A program made the translations under genes and the position numbers. Shown piece by piece: positions 50,420-60,730 of a stretch of 64,000 nt of DNA (within the stretch, counting starts at the first letter, position 1; every line of letters begins with the position of its first letter). Origin of the DNA: an uncultured Piscirickettsiaceae bacterium (GTDB lineage Bacteria; Pseudomonadota; Gammaproteobacteria; GCF-002020875); assembly GCA_964415865.1 (NCBI GenBank), contig CAYQBY010000005.1, forward strand, positions 723-64,722, written 5' to 3'. The notes under the pieces are model-generated. The model was not told the origin of the DNA and searched no databases. It saw nothing but the letters and a program-made list of their open reading frames with translations.

Positions 50420-51498
50420 TGTTCTATCTGAGCCACTATCTGGCAGATTTTTATAGCCCATTCTCGATGTTTCAGTATCTTACCCTGAGGGCGATTCTGG
50501 GGGCATTGACTGCCTTGGTTCTCTCCTTTGTTGTTGGTCCCATGATGATTCGCAAGTTGACACATTACAAAGTTGGTCAAGCCATCAGGAGAGATGGCCC
50601 AGAATCTCATCTGCAGAAAGCCGGCACACCAACTATGGGCGGAGCATTGATTCTGGTGGCAGTTACACTATCTACTCTATTGTGGGGTGACCTCTCAAAC
50701 CGTTATTTATGGGCTGTACTATTGGTGACATTGGGGTTTGGTGCGGTTGGCTGGATAGATGATTATCGTAAGGTGGTTCATCAGGATCCAAATGGAATCT
50801 CTGCTGGATCCAAGTTTCTTGGACAGTCATTTATTGCGGCTGTTGCGGTAGGGTGGATATATCTGTCTGCATCCACGGCAACAGAGACACAGCTCTTTGT
50901 CCCCTTCTTCAAGGATATCGTTATTGATCTGGGCATACTATATCTTCCACTGGCCTATCTGGTGATTGTTGGATCCAGCAATGCAGTCAATCTTACGGAT
51001 GGTCTGGATGGTCTTGCTATTATGCCTGCAGTATTGGTGGGTGGAGCACTTGGTATCTTTGCCTATCTGAGTGGCCATGTTGAATTTGCCCGATATCTTG
51101 CAATTCCATCACTGCCAGAGGCTGGAGAGCTGGCTGTATTTTGTGGTGCTCTGGTGGGGGCTGGATTGGGATTTCTCTGGTTCAATACATATCCGGCAAT
51201 GGTATTTATGGGGGATGTGGGTGCCCTTGCGCTTGGGGCAGCATTGGGAATGGTAGCAATATTGGTTCGCCAGGAGTTGGTTCTACTTATCATGGGCGGG
51301 GTATTTGTGCTGGAGACTGTTTCAGTCATGATTCAGGTTGCCTCCTTTAAATTGACCGGCAAACGGGTATTTAGAATGGCACCGATTCACCACCACTTTG
51401 AACTTAAAGGGTGGCCTGAGCCACGGGTAATTGTACGGTTCTGGATTATCACGTTTATTCTGGTGTTGATTGGGCTGGCAACACTCAAAATCAGGTAA
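50416..51498 (+). CDS. mraY: Phospho-MurNAc-pentapeptide translocase
   Basis: 360 aa with 10 TM helices. Conserved [13 protein letters not shown] motif. Confidence 0.95.
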   Translation: MMFYLSHYLADFYSPFSMFQYLTLRAILGALTALVLSFVVGPMMIRKLTHYKVGQAIRRDGPESHLQKAGTPTMGGALILVAVTLSTLLWGDLSNRYLWAVLLVTLGFGAVGWIDDYRKVVHQDPNGISAGSKFLGQSFIAAVAVGWIYLSASTATETQLFVPFFKDIVIDLGILYLPLAYLVIVGSSNAVNLTDGLDGLAIMPAVLVGGALGIFAYLSGHVEFARYLAIPSLPEAGELAVFCGALVGAGLGFLWFNTYPAMVFMGDVGALALGAALGMVAILVRQELVLLIMGGVFVLETVSVMIQVASFKLTGKRVFRMAPIHHHFELKGWPEPRVIVRFWIITFILVLIGLATLKIR

Positions 51499-51503
51499 TA
51501 GCT

Positions 51504-52904
51504 GTGGTGGCTGACAATAATCTACTAAAGCCTGAGGATAAGAGGAAGACTCTGGTTGTAGGACTTGGCACGAGTGGACAATCTGTATTGCGGTTCCTTT
51601 ACAGGCATGGAGTGCCGCTACAGGCAGCAGATACCCGTCACTCACCACCCCAACTATCACAGCTGCAGAGTCGTTATCCAAATTTGGAAATTGTGCTGGG
51701 ACCCCTTGATGAGGCACTGTTATCCTCGATAGAGCGAATTATCCTGAGCCCTGGAGTCTCACAAAAGCACCCGGCAATTCAATATGCAATCAGGAATGGT
51801 GTGGAGGTTATTGGTGATATTGAGCTTTTTGCACGGTATGCAGAGGCTCCGATTATTGCCATTACAGGCTCCAATGGAAAAAGCACCGTTACTACACTGG
51901 TTGCGGAGATGGCTCTTGAGGCTGGTCTGGATGTGCGGTTTGGTGGGAACCTGGGGCAGCCAGCTCTGGATCTACTGGGTGAACATGAGCCAGACCTATA
52001 TGTTTTGGAGCTCTCCAGCTTTCAGCTTGAGACTACCAAAACCCTGGCGCCTGTGGCGTCTGTGGTCCTGAATATTACCCCAGACCACATGGAGCGCTAT
52101 TCTGATCTACAGGATTATGCCGAGACCAAAGGTAGCATTTATCACCATGCATCAAATCTGATTTATGACTCTGATGATGTAATGGTCTCCGGGTTCATAG
52201 AACGTCAGAAAGGATTATCACAGCTTCTCTCCTACCGCATAGGTCCCCCAGATGGAGCAGATTCATACGGTATTATGCAGAGAGGAGGGGAGAGCTGGAT
52301 CTGCCGTGGGGATGATCTGCTGATTTTGACGAGTGCATTACAAATAAGAGGAGAACATAATTACCTCAATGCAATGGCTGCATTAGCGCTTGGAGAGGCA
52401 TATGGGATTAACGTGGCCCCGATGGTTGAGGCACTGAAAAAATTCCATGGTCTATCTCACCGTACCGAGTGGGTTGCCAACCACAATGGAGTGACCTGGA
52501 TTGATGATTCTAAGGGGACCAATGTGGGAGCAACAGAGGCTGCAATCAAGGGGCTGTTGCCAGATAGTGGTGGTAAAGGCAAGATCGTATTGATAGCAGG
52601 TGGTCAGGGAAAAGAGGCCGATTTCTCCTCTCTGCAACGTCTGGCAAAAGAGTCAATGCGAGTAGTGATCCTTATGGGAGAGGATGCCGAGGCTATTTCA
52701 AGAGCGTTGGATGGAGTGGTTTCCGAGCTGTTTGTGGAGGATATGGTGGGGGCGGTTTCGGCAGCGGAGAGGGTCGCTGAACGTGATGATATTGTATTGC
52801 TCTCTCCAGCTTGCGCAAGTTTTGATCAGTACAGTGGATTTGCGGAGCGTGGTGATAAATTTAAGGCAGCCCTGGCTACTCTGATGGAAGATGTACATGA
52901 GTAA
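51504..52904 (+). CDS. murD: UDP-MurNAc-L-Ala--D-Glu ligase
   Basis: GTG start. GSNGKSTV P-loop. Confidence 0.9.
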   Translation: MVADNNLLKPEDKRKTLVVGLGTSGQSVLRFLYRHGVPLQAADTRHSPPQLSQLQSRYPNLEIVLGPLDEALLSSIERIILSPGVSQKHPAIQYAIRNGVEVIGDIELFARYAEAPIIAITGSNGKSTVTTLVAEMALEAGLDVRFGGNLGQPALDLLGEHEPDLYVLELSSFQLETTKTLAPVASVVLNITPDHMERYSDLQDYAETKGSIYHHASNLIYDSDDVMVSGFIERQKGLSQLLSYRIGPPDGADSYGIMQRGGESWICRGDDLLILTSALQIRGEHNYLNAMAALALGEAYGINVAPMVEALKKFHGLSHRTEWVANHNGVTWIDDSKGTNVGATEAAIKGLLPDSGGKGKIVLIAGGQGKEADFSSLQRLAKESMRVVILMGEDAEAISRALDGVVSELFVEDMVGAVSAAERVAERDDIVLLSPACASFDQYSGFAERGDKFKAALATLMEDVHE

Positions 52905-54141
52905 ATATAAGCTGTTTCAGGGATGGTTGACCTGGGGAGGCAGTGAGCGATCCAGAAAACCTCGTGCAGCTGGGGCGCGTAGTATTGGTCGTACTGTTGC
53001 CGAGTCTGGACTGTTTCCGGTAGCCCTCTTTATATTGCTGTTCGGACTGGTGATGGTAGCCTCTGCCTCTATGCCTGTTGCAGAGAAACGTTTTGGAGAG
53101 CCACTCTACTATCTGATCAGGCAGTCTGGTTTTGCTTTAATCGGGTTTATGGTTGGCGCGACTGTTTTACAAATACCACTACGATTTTGGGAAAAGGTTG
53201 CGCCAACACTGTTGTTAATTTGTGCCCTCTTGTTGGTCATGGTGCTATTGATGGGTGATAAGGTGAACGGCGCATCTCGTTGGCTGGTGTTAGGCCCAAT
53301 TCGCCTTCAGCCATCAGAATTTACCAAACTGGCTGCATTTCTCTACCTGTCAGGATATCTGGTGCGCCATCGGGAAAAGGTCTCTAGTGATCTATCGGCA
53401 GTTCTGCGCCCCATTGCCCTGCTGGCTGGAGTGGGGGTGTTGATCCTGATTGAGCCTGATCTGGGGGCAGCATTTGTAATGATGGTTGTAGTGTTGATAA
53501 TGATGTTACTTGGCGGGGTGCGGCCATCGCAGTTTATGCTATTCATAATATGTGGATTAATGTTCCTCTCTATTGCCATCTGGATGGAACCTTTTCGTGT
53601 CACCAGAATGCTCTCATTTTTTGGGGATGATCCATTCTTGGTGGACCCTCAGGGAAGAAACTATCAGATCACCCAGGCATTGATTGCCTATGGGAGAGGA
53701 GGGTGGCAGGGGCTTGGTTTGGGTGATGGGTTACAGAAGCTATTCTACCTTCCGGAGGCACATACAGATTTTATTCTGGCAGTCATTGCAGAAGAGCTTG
53801 GATTGATTGGGACACTTTCGGTAATTGCCATGTTTACTTTTCTGGTATGGAAATCATTCTGGTTGGCGGCAGAGGCGAGTGAGTGCAGGCAGCCGTATGC
53901 AAGTTATCTTGCCTACGGTATTGGAACCTGGATTGGACTGCAGGCACTGATTAATCTTGGGGTTAATATGAATTTATTACCCACCAAAGGGCTGACATTG
54001 CCATTAATGAGCTATGGCGGTAGTAGTCTGTTGGTGATGATGATCGCCATCGCTCTGTTGATGCGGGTAGAGTATGAGATTTGCCCGCTGGTTCACAGAA
54101 AAGCGCGGAAGAACCGGGAAGCGAGACGGGGTCATGGATGA
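52891..54141 (+). CDS. ftsW: Lipid II flippase / peptidoglycan polymerase FtsW (SEDS family)
   Basis: SEDS-family membrane protein in the conserved position between murD and murG. Confidence 0.9.
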   Translation: MYMSKYKLFQGWLTWGGSERSRKPRAAGARSIGRTVAESGLFPVALFILLFGLVMVASASMPVAEKRFGEPLYYLIRQSGFALIGFMVGATVLQIPLRFWEKVAPTLLLICALLLVMVLLMGDKVNGASRWLVLGPIRLQPSEFTKLAAFLYLSGYLVRHREKVSSDLSAVLRPIALLAGVGVLILIEPDLGAAFVMMVVVLIMMLLGGVRPSQFMLFIICGLMFLSIAIWMEPFRVTRMLSFFGDDPFLVDPQGRNYQITQALIAYGRGGWQGLGLGDGLQKLFYLPEAHTDFILAVIAEELGLIGTLSVIAMFTFLVWKSFWLAAEASECRQPYASYLAYGIGTWIGLQALINLGVNMNLLPTKGLTLPLMSYGGSSLLVMMIAIALLMRVEYEICPLVHRKARKNREARRGHG

Positions 54142-55226
54142 CACAGAATAAAACAAAGCGTTTGATGATTATGGCAGGAGGTACTGGTGGTCATATATAT
54201 CCAGCTCTTGCCGTTGCTGAGTTGTGGCAGTCTGGTGGTGGTGAGGTGGTCTGGTTGGGTACAAGATTGGGGTTGGAGTCCAGGCTGATTCCTGAGGCAG
54301 GAATTCCAGTGGAGTGGATATCCATTCATGGATTGCGTGGCAAGGGGGTGGCGAGTCTGTTGTTAGCCCCATTTCATCTGAGCTGGGCAATAGTACAGTC
54401 TCTGGCTGCAATCTGGAGATCGAGTCCAGATGTGGTGTTGGGGATGGGCGGGTTTGTATCTGGTCCTGGCGGAGTTGCCGCATGGATCCTGAGAAAGCCC
54501 CTGGTTATTCATGAACAGAATGCTGTTGCGGGGTTAACTAACAGATTACTCTCAATAGGTTCCAACAAGGTGCTGGAGGCATTTCCCGGTACATTTGCAC
54601 CTGCTAACAAGGTAGTGCATACAGGAAATCCTCTACGCAGCAAGTTGAGAGAGATACCGATAGCCCATCCACATACTCCTATTCGGCTGTTGGTGTTGGG
54701 AGGTAGTCTTGGAGCACAACGAATTAATCAGTTGGTTCCAGAGATGGTGGCAATGTTGTCAGCTGATGAGCAGTTGGAGGTATATCATCAGACCGGAGAG
54801 AGTAAACTGGAGGAGACAGAGTCAGAATACAGAAAACATGGAGTAAGATTTGGAGACAGAGAGAGCCGGCGTGTTGCCCCCTATATTAATGATATGAGGG
54901 AGGCCTACCGGTGGGCCGATCTGGTGTTGTGTCGGGCGGGGGCAATGACAATTTCCGAGCTGGCGATGGTTGGTCGCCCAGCTATTCTTGTCCCTTTTCC
55001 ATTTGCCGTGGATGATCACCAGACGGCAAATGGAGAGTTTCTGGAGAGAGGTGGTGCAGCACTCCTTGTTCAGCAGAGAGATCTGGATGGAGCCAGATTA
55101 TTGGATCTGGTTAGACGGTTTATCCACCATCCAGACAGGATTGCAGATATGGGTGGTAGAGCCCGTAAATTATCAAGGCCAGAGGCGACAGAGCATGTGG
55201 TCTCAATATGTCAGGAGATATGTTGA
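54138..55226 (+). CDS. murG: UDP-GlcNAc:lipid I GlcNAc transferase
   Basis: Start reassigned to the ATG at 54138 (MTQNKTKRLMIMAGGTGGHIYPALAV), overlapping the ftsW stop (ATGA). G-loop GGTGGH. Confidence 0.9.
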   Translation: MTQNKTKRLMIMAGGTGGHIYPALAVAELWQSGGGEVVWLGTRLGLESRLIPEAGIPVEWISIHGLRGKGVASLLLAPFHLSWAIVQSLAAIWRSSPDVVLGMGGFVSGPGGVAAWILRKPLVIHEQNAVAGLTNRLLSIGSNKVLEAFPGTFAPANKVVHTGNPLRSKLREIPIAHPHTPIRLLVLGGSLGAQRINQLVPEMVAMLSADEQLEVYHQTGESKLEETESEYRKHGVRFGDRESRRVAPYINDMREAYRWADLVLCRAGAMTISELAMVGRPAILVPFPFAVDDHQTANGEFLERGGAALLVQQRDLDGARLLDLVRRFIHHPDRIADMGGRARKLSRPEATEHVVSICQEIC

Positions 55227-56671
55227 TGACAAATAATCGAGAGCTTGCAGAGGCTATGCATCAAATCCACAGGATTCATATGGTGGGGATTGGGGGTGCG
55301 GGAATGAATGGCATTGCCCGTTTGCTGTTGAATCTCGGTTTTGAGGTTTCCGGTTCTGACACTACAGATTCAAAAACTATCAAAAATCTCACACAGCAGG
55401 GTGCGAATATCCATGTTGGACATGATGGTGTACACATAGCAGGGGCTGATGTAGTGGTCGTATCCAGTGCTATTGGTGAGGATAATCCGGAAGTAGTTGC
55501 AGCGCGACTGGATTCTATTCCGGTGATTCCTCGTGCAGAGATGTTGGCTGAGTTGATGCGTTTCCGTTATGGAATTGCTGTGGCCGGAACTCACGGCAAG
55601 ACCACCACTACCAGCCTGATCGCCATGTTGCTGGATGAGGCTGGTCTGGATCCAACCTATGTAATCGGTGGACGCATTAATCGGGGGGAGCAGTCAGAGA
55701 GTGCCGATGATGGAGGGGCACAACTTGGTAGTGGTCGTTATCTGGTTGCAGAGGCAGATGAGAGTGACGCCTCTTTTCTCCATCTGCAGCCGATGATTGC
55801 TGTAGTTACCAATATTGATGAGGATCATATGTCCACCTATGGTGGAGATATTGAAAAGTTGGATCAGACTTTTGAGGAGTTTATTCACCATCTCCCATTT
55901 TATGGCAGAGCTGTACTCTGTATGGATGATCCAGGAGTCTCCAGAATTATGAGTAATCTCTCCCGTCCACTACTGGGATATGGTTTTTCCGAGGGTGTGG
56001 ATTTTTGGGCAGATAAGGTAGAGATCGTTGATGGAGTCAGCTATTTTGAGCTGTGTCGTCCTGACCACCCACCATTGTCGATAACCCTAACCCTTCCTGG
56101 GCGGCATAATATATTAAATGCACTGGCAGCCATTGCGGTGGTCTCTTATCTGGGGGTGGAGGATGAGATTATTGTCAGTGCGCTGGCTCGGTTCCGGGGG
56201 ATTGCACGACGTTTTCAGAGTTATGGGTTTTGTCAATTCCCTAAGGGCCAGGTGCAGCTGGTCGATGATTATGGTCACCACCCCAGAGAGCTTGCAGCTA
56301 CCTTACAGGCGATACGTGAGAGTTGGCCAGGGCGCAGAGTGGTTCTCGCATTTCAGCCACATCGCTACTCCAGAACCAGAGACCTCTATGATGATTTTGT
56401 TGATGTGCTCTCTCTGGTAGATATGCTGTTGTTGATGGAGGTCTATCCTGCTGGCGAAGAACCGGTTCCAGGGGCTGATGGACGCAGTCTGGCAGGTACT
56501 ATTCGTCTACGCGGAGAGGTAGATCCCCTGTTTGTCAGGGATGTTTCGGAGTTGCTCAAGCTACTGCCGACAGTTGTTGAGGAGGGAGATCTGTTGTTGA
56601 TCTCTGGTGCTGGAACAGTCGGTCTTGCAGCACAACAGATTGCAGATTCATGGCAGGTTAGTAGTAATTGA
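55226..56671 (+). CDS. murC: UDP-MurNAc--L-alanine ligase
   Basis: Start at the ATG at 55226 (MTNNREL...), overlapping the murG stop. P-loop GTHGKTTTT. Confidence 0.9.
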   Translation: MTNNRELAEAMHQIHRIHMVGIGGAGMNGIARLLLNLGFEVSGSDTTDSKTIKNLTQQGANIHVGHDGVHIAGADVVVVSSAIGEDNPEVVAARLDSIPVIPRAEMLAELMRFRYGIAVAGTHGKTTTTSLIAMLLDEAGLDPTYVIGGRINRGEQSESADDGGAQLGSGRYLVAEADESDASFLHLQPMIAVVTNIDEDHMSTYGGDIEKLDQTFEEFIHHLPFYGRAVLCMDDPGVSRIMSNLSRPLLGYGFSEGVDFWADKVEIVDGVSYFELCRPDHPPLSITLTLPGRHNILNALAAIAVVSYLGVEDEIIVSALARFRGIARRFQSYGFCQFPKGQVQLVDDYGHHPRELAATLQAIRESWPGRRVVLAFQPHRYSRTRDLYDDFVDVLSLVDMLLLMEVYPAGEEPVPGADGRSLAGTIRLRGEVDPLFVRDVSELLKLLPTVVEEGDLLLISGAGTVGLAAQQIADSWQVSSN

Positions 56672-56672
56672 T

Positions 56673-57632
56673 ATGGAGAAACTAGATGGCAGATTTTTGA
56701 ATAAAGAGTCACTCTCCAGTTATACCACCTGGAGGGTAGGCGGGCCTGCTGACCAGATATATATGCCAGCCACTATTGAGGGGATTGGAGAATTTCTGAA
56801 AACCATTCCAGTGGAGATGCCTATATTCTGGATTGGCAGAGGAAGTAATCTCTTGGTTCGTGATGGTGGAATCCGAGGAGTGGTAATTGCGCTCACCGAG
56901 GGAGTTGATCGCATTGATACGGTGGATAGTGGGGTAATCAGGGCAGAGGCAGGTGCATCACTTTCACGCCTTAGCAGCTTTGTCCGCAAAAAGGGGTCTA
57001 GAGCTCTTGATTTTCTTTCAGGTATTCCCGGCTCAGTGGGTGGTGCGCTGGCAATGAATGCAGGGGCCTTTGGTGCAGAGATATGGGATTATGTGGCCGG
57101 GGTTGAGGTGATGAACCGCAGTGGGAATACACTCTATCGCTCAGCTGGTGATTACAGGACAGGTTATAGAGCGGTTGCACTGCGTAATGGCGGTGGGAGC
57201 GGTAGTGAAGAGTGGTTTGTTGCAGCTTTTATACATAATAGTGATGGAGAGGATGATTCAAAACCGACAACCTCAAAGAGTGAACACTCTGTGAATGGTG
57301 CAGAGAGGTTACGTGATCAATTAAGTATGAGAAACAGTAGTCAGCCAATGGCAATGAATAGTTGTGGCTCAGTGTTTATGAATCCACCAGGTGATTTTGC
57401 GGGCAGGTTGATTGAGCAGTCAGAGTTGAAGGGTTTTTGTATTGGGGGAGCCTGTGTCTCTGAGCAGCATGCCAACTTTATAGTCCACTCGGGAGATGCA
57501 ACTGCTGTTGATATTGAGAAGCTGATCAATCATGTATTTGATGTCGTAAAACAGAGGCACGGTATAGCACTACGCAGTGAGGTGAGAATCGTGGGTGATC
57601 CACTACTGCAGAAAGAGGAGATTCCGGCTTGA
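56673..57632 (+). CDS. murB: UDP-N-acetylenolpyruvoylglucosamine reductase
   Basis: FAD-binding PCMH domain. Start at MEKLDGRF, directly after the murC stop. Confidence 0.85.
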   Translation: MEKLDGRFLNKESLSSYTTWRVGGPADQIYMPATIEGIGEFLKTIPVEMPIFWIGRGSNLLVRDGGIRGVVIALTEGVDRIDTVDSGVIRAEAGASLSRLSSFVRKKGSRALDFLSGIPGSVGGALAMNAGAFGAEIWDYVAGVEVMNRSGNTLYRSAGDYRTGYRAVALRNGGGSGSEEWFVAAFIHNSDGEDDSKPTTSKSEHSVNGAERLRDQLSMRNSSQPMAMNSCGSVFMNPPGDFAGRLIEQSELKGFCIGGACVSEQHANFIVHSGDATAVDIEKLINHVFDVVKQRHGIALRSEVRIVGDPLLQKEEIPA

Positions 57633-58540
57633 GCATGGAGATGGCAAAGAGGATGGGTAGGGTGGCTGTGTTGATGGGGGGCAGCTCATCAGAGAGGGCT
57701 ATTTCACTCCAGAGCGGGACTGCAGTGCTGGATGGGTTGCGTGAGGCGGGTATTGATGCAATACCATTTGACCCGTCAGAGAATAAGATAAGTGAGCTGC
57801 AGAGCTTTGATAGAGCCTTCGTTATTCTGCACGGAGAGGGTGGGGAGGACGGTGTTATTCAGGGCGTACTGGAGTCATTGAATATCCCCTATACAGGTTC
57901 TGGCGTATTGGCCTCTGCGCTGGCGATGGATAAATTGAGAACCAAGCAGTTGTGGAGAGGGATTGGATTACCGACCCCGAATTTTGCTGCCCTGAATAGT
58001 GCTGGTGATCTGTCCGGAATGAAGGACAAGCTGGGGCTCCCCTTGATGATAAAGCCGGTCTGTGAGGGGTCCAGTATTGGAATGACAAAAGTTGATAGTG
58101 TTAGTGGGTTGCAGACAGCCTGGAGAGAGGCTGATAATTTTGCCGGAGCTGTTATTGCAGAGCAGTGGATTGAGGGTGAGGAGTATACAGTGGCTATACT
58201 TGAAGGGGAGCCACTGCCTGTTATTCGTCTGCGGACCCCGCATGGGTTTTATGACTATGATGCAAAGTACAGTGCCGAAGATACTGAATATCAATGTCCG
58301 TGTGGACTGAGTGGTTCAGAAGAACAGGCCCTGCAGGCACTGGCCATGAATGCGTTTGATTCTTTGGGCTGTACGGGGTGGGGGCGTGTTGACATCATGG
58401 TAGATCAACAGGGTGAACCGTGGTTGCTGGAGGTCAACACGGTGCCTGGAATGACAGATCATAGTCTGGTTCCAATGGCAGCAAGAGAGGCTGGTATGAC
58501 TTTCTCACAGTTGGTTCAGCAGATATTGGATATTTCGTGA
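57629..58540 (+). CDS. ddl: D-alanine--D-alanine ligase
   Basis: ATP-grasp fold, with EVNTVPGMT at the C-terminus. Confidence 0.9.
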   Translation: MSMEMAKRMGRVAVLMGGSSSERAISLQSGTAVLDGLREAGIDAIPFDPSENKISELQSFDRAFVILHGEGGEDGVIQGVLESLNIPYTGSGVLASALAMDKLRTKQLWRGIGLPTPNFAALNSAGDLSGMKDKLGLPLMIKPVCEGSSIGMTKVDSVSGLQTAWREADNFAGAVIAEQWIEGEEYTVAILEGEPLPVIRLRTPHGFYDYDAKYSAEDTEYQCPCGLSGSEEQALQALAMNAFDSLGCTGWGRVDIMVDQQGEPWLLEVNTVPGMTDHSLVPMAAREAGMTFSQLVQQILDIS

Positions 58541-59355
58541 GTCCGGTCACCAGGCGCAGTGGAGAAAAGAGGAATCGCTCCAGAGGGGCAATAAAAGATT
58601 CCTCCCATCTCTTCTCTTACAGAGTGCTGATTGTTGTTTTATTGCTGATGCTCTCAGCTGGATTATATCTATTCCAGAACGGATCGATTGGTGTCGAAAC
58701 AGTGATCTCAGAACAACATCTTGCCCAGGTTAAAAAGGTTGCCGTCTATGGTGATATTGAACATATAAAGGTAGAGCAGATAGAGCAGCTGGTTAGAGAG
58801 ACCGCCGAAGATGGAATGCTTGCGCTGGATCTGATTAATCTGCGAGATCTTCTCCAGAAATTGCCTTGGGTCTATCGTGTAAAGGTGCGCAAGGTGTGGC
58901 CAGAGACTATAGAGGTCTGGCTGAGGGAGCAGAGTGCGACAGTAATGTGGGGAGATGCTGGATATCTTAATCTGAATGGCGAATTTTTTGTGGATGATGG
59001 GGTGTCATTGGATCACCTCAGGCTTCCAGCTATCTCATCCCAGCTTCGTGATACAGAGGAGGTATACCACCAGTTTCTCCAGCTTTCCAGTCTGCTTGAT
59101 GAGTCAGGACAAAAGATCCAGGAGATGGTGATTGATCAGAGAGGGTCTATCTATATTCATCTTGAGAGTGGGCTTGAGCTTAATCTTGGAAGAAGAGCAG
59201 TGGAGCAACGATTGGCGAGATGGAGTAGTCAATACCCAGTTATAATGAGCCGCCTGAATGGAGGGGTAAGAATGGTTGATTTGAGATATGAGCAGGGGAT
59301 GGCTATCCAGTCTGGTAGCCGTGCCAGTATTAAGCAAAAGGGCGAGAAGTTGTAA
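58537..59355 (+). CDS. ftsQ: Cell-division protein FtsQ
   Basis: GTG start overlapping the ddl stop. Single TM helix plus POTRA-like periplasmic domains. Conserved position. Confidence 0.8.
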   Translation: MSPVTRRSGEKRNRSRGAIKDSSHLFSYRVLIVVLLLMLSAGLYLFQNGSIGVETVISEQHLAQVKKVAVYGDIEHIKVEQIEQLVRETAEDGMLALDLINLRDLLQKLPWVYRVKVRKVWPETIEVWLREQSATVMWGDAGYLNLNGEFFVDDGVSLDHLRLPAISSQLRDTEEVYHQFLQLSSLLDESGQKIQEMVIDQRGSIYIHLESGLELNLGRRAVEQRLARWSSQYPVIMSRLNGGVRMVDLRYEQGMAIQSGSRASIKQKGEKL

Positions 59356-60581
59356 TGGGTAAAAAAGAGCATGAGTTAATTGTAGGGCTGGATATTGGAA
59401 CTACAAAAATAGCTGCCATTGTTGGTGCCCTGAAACCAGGCGGTGATCTGGAGATTCTTGGAATTGGTACACATCCGTCAAAGGGGTTAAAAAAGGGTGT
59501 AGTGGTCAATATTGAGTCCACGGTTAAATCCATTCAGCGTGCAGTCGAGGAGGCTGAGATTATGGCTGAGTGTGAGATCGGTTCGGTCTCTGCCGGTATT
59601 GCAGGAAGCCATATACAAGGCATGAACTCACATGGCATTGTTGCAATTCGTACCAGAGAGGTGACAGCAATTGATGTTGATCGCGTAGTTGATGCCGCCA
59701 AGGCTATTGCAATTCCAGCCGACCAAAAAATTCTCCATACTCTTCCTCAGGAGTTCATTATCGATAATCAGGAGGGTATCCATGAGCCTCTTGGGATGTC
59801 TGGCGTTCGTCTTGAGGCAAAGGTCCATATTGTTACGGGATCCATTAGTGCAGCACAAAATATTGTTAAATGTGTCCGACTATGTGGTCTTGAGGCGGAG
59901 GATATTGTGCTGGAGCAGTTGGCATCCAGTTATGCTGTGTTGAGTGATGATGAGAAGGAGTTGGGGGTCTGCATGATCGATATTGGCGGGGGAACCACCG
60001 ATATTGCAGTCTTCACCGATGGTTCAATTCGTCATACTGCGGTTATACCTGTTGCCGGAGACCAGGTAACCAATGATATCGCTGTGTTTCTCCGTACCCC
60101 TACCCACCACGCTGAAGAGATCAAGGTCAAGTATGCGTGTGCCCTCTCCGAGATGGTTGATCCACAGGAAGAGATTGCCGTTCCCAGTATAGGAGATCGT
60201 CCAGAGCGCCGCCTGAAGCGACAGGGGCTTGCAGAGGTGGTTGGCCCGCGCTATGAGGAGCTATTTACCCTGGTTCAGGCAGAACTGCGTCGCAGTGGTT
60301 TTGAGGATCTGATAAATGCCGGTGTTGTTCTGACTGGGGGTAGCTCAAAAATGGAGGGTGCAGTTGAACTGGCCGAAGAGATATTCCATAAACCGGTACG
60401 TCTTGGGTCACCACAGAACATTGAAGGTCTTATTGATGTTGTCCGTACGCCTGTTCACGCAACAGGTGTTGGGTTATTAATACACAGCGCACGTTACCGA
60501 TCTCAGGGTGGAGGTCTGCTGGATGGAGGGGCAACCAATCTGTGGGAGCGGATGAGGCGCTGGTTCTCAAGAAATTTGTAA
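59355..60581 (+). CDS. ftsA: Cell-division protein FtsA (actin-like ATPase)
   Basis: LIVGLDIGTTKIAAIVG phosphate-1 motif. 408 aa. Confidence 0.95.
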   Translation: MGKKEHELIVGLDIGTTKIAAIVGALKPGGDLEILGIGTHPSKGLKKGVVVNIESTVKSIQRAVEEAEIMAECEIGSVSAGIAGSHIQGMNSHGIVAIRTREVTAIDVDRVVDAAKAIAIPADQKILHTLPQEFIIDNQEGIHEPLGMSGVRLEAKVHIVTGSISAAQNIVKCVRLCGLEAEDIVLEQLASSYAVLSDDEKELGVCMIDIGGGTTDIAVFTDGSIRHTAVIPVAGDQVTNDIAVFLRTPTHHAEEIKVKYACALSEMVDPQEEIAVPSIGDRPERRLKRQGLAEVVGPRYEELFTLVQAELRRSGFEDLINAGVVLTGGSSKMEGAVELAEEIFHKPVRLGSPQNIEGLIDVVRTPVHATGVGLLIHSARYRSQGGGLLDGGATNLWERMRRWFSRNL

Positions 60582-60663
60582 AATTTCACTGAAAACAGCT
60601 TGATTTTGTAGGTGATTAACCCATAGAATCAACTTGTGCGTAAAAAATGTGTTTTTTATGCGC

Positions 60664-60692
60664 TTGTATTCAAGAGAATAATTGCATATAAT
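60664..60692 (+). promoter_or_regulatory. Sigma70 promoter TTGTAT-17 bp-TATAAT in the ftsA-lpxC gap
   Basis: Hexamers at 60664-60669 and 60687-60692, about 40 bp upstream of the lpxC start. Confidence 0.5.
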
Positions 60693-60730
60693 GCCCTATC
60701 GTTAGCTATTGTAAAACAATAATAAGCAGA

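Noticed and set aside
57150-57330. Low-complexity, acidic/Ser-rich insert in MurB (GGGSGSEEW...SDGEDDSKPTTSKSEHS)
   Set aside because: MurB has lineage-variable loops. Without an alignment, I cannot say this is an unusual insertion rather than a normal type-II MurB segment.
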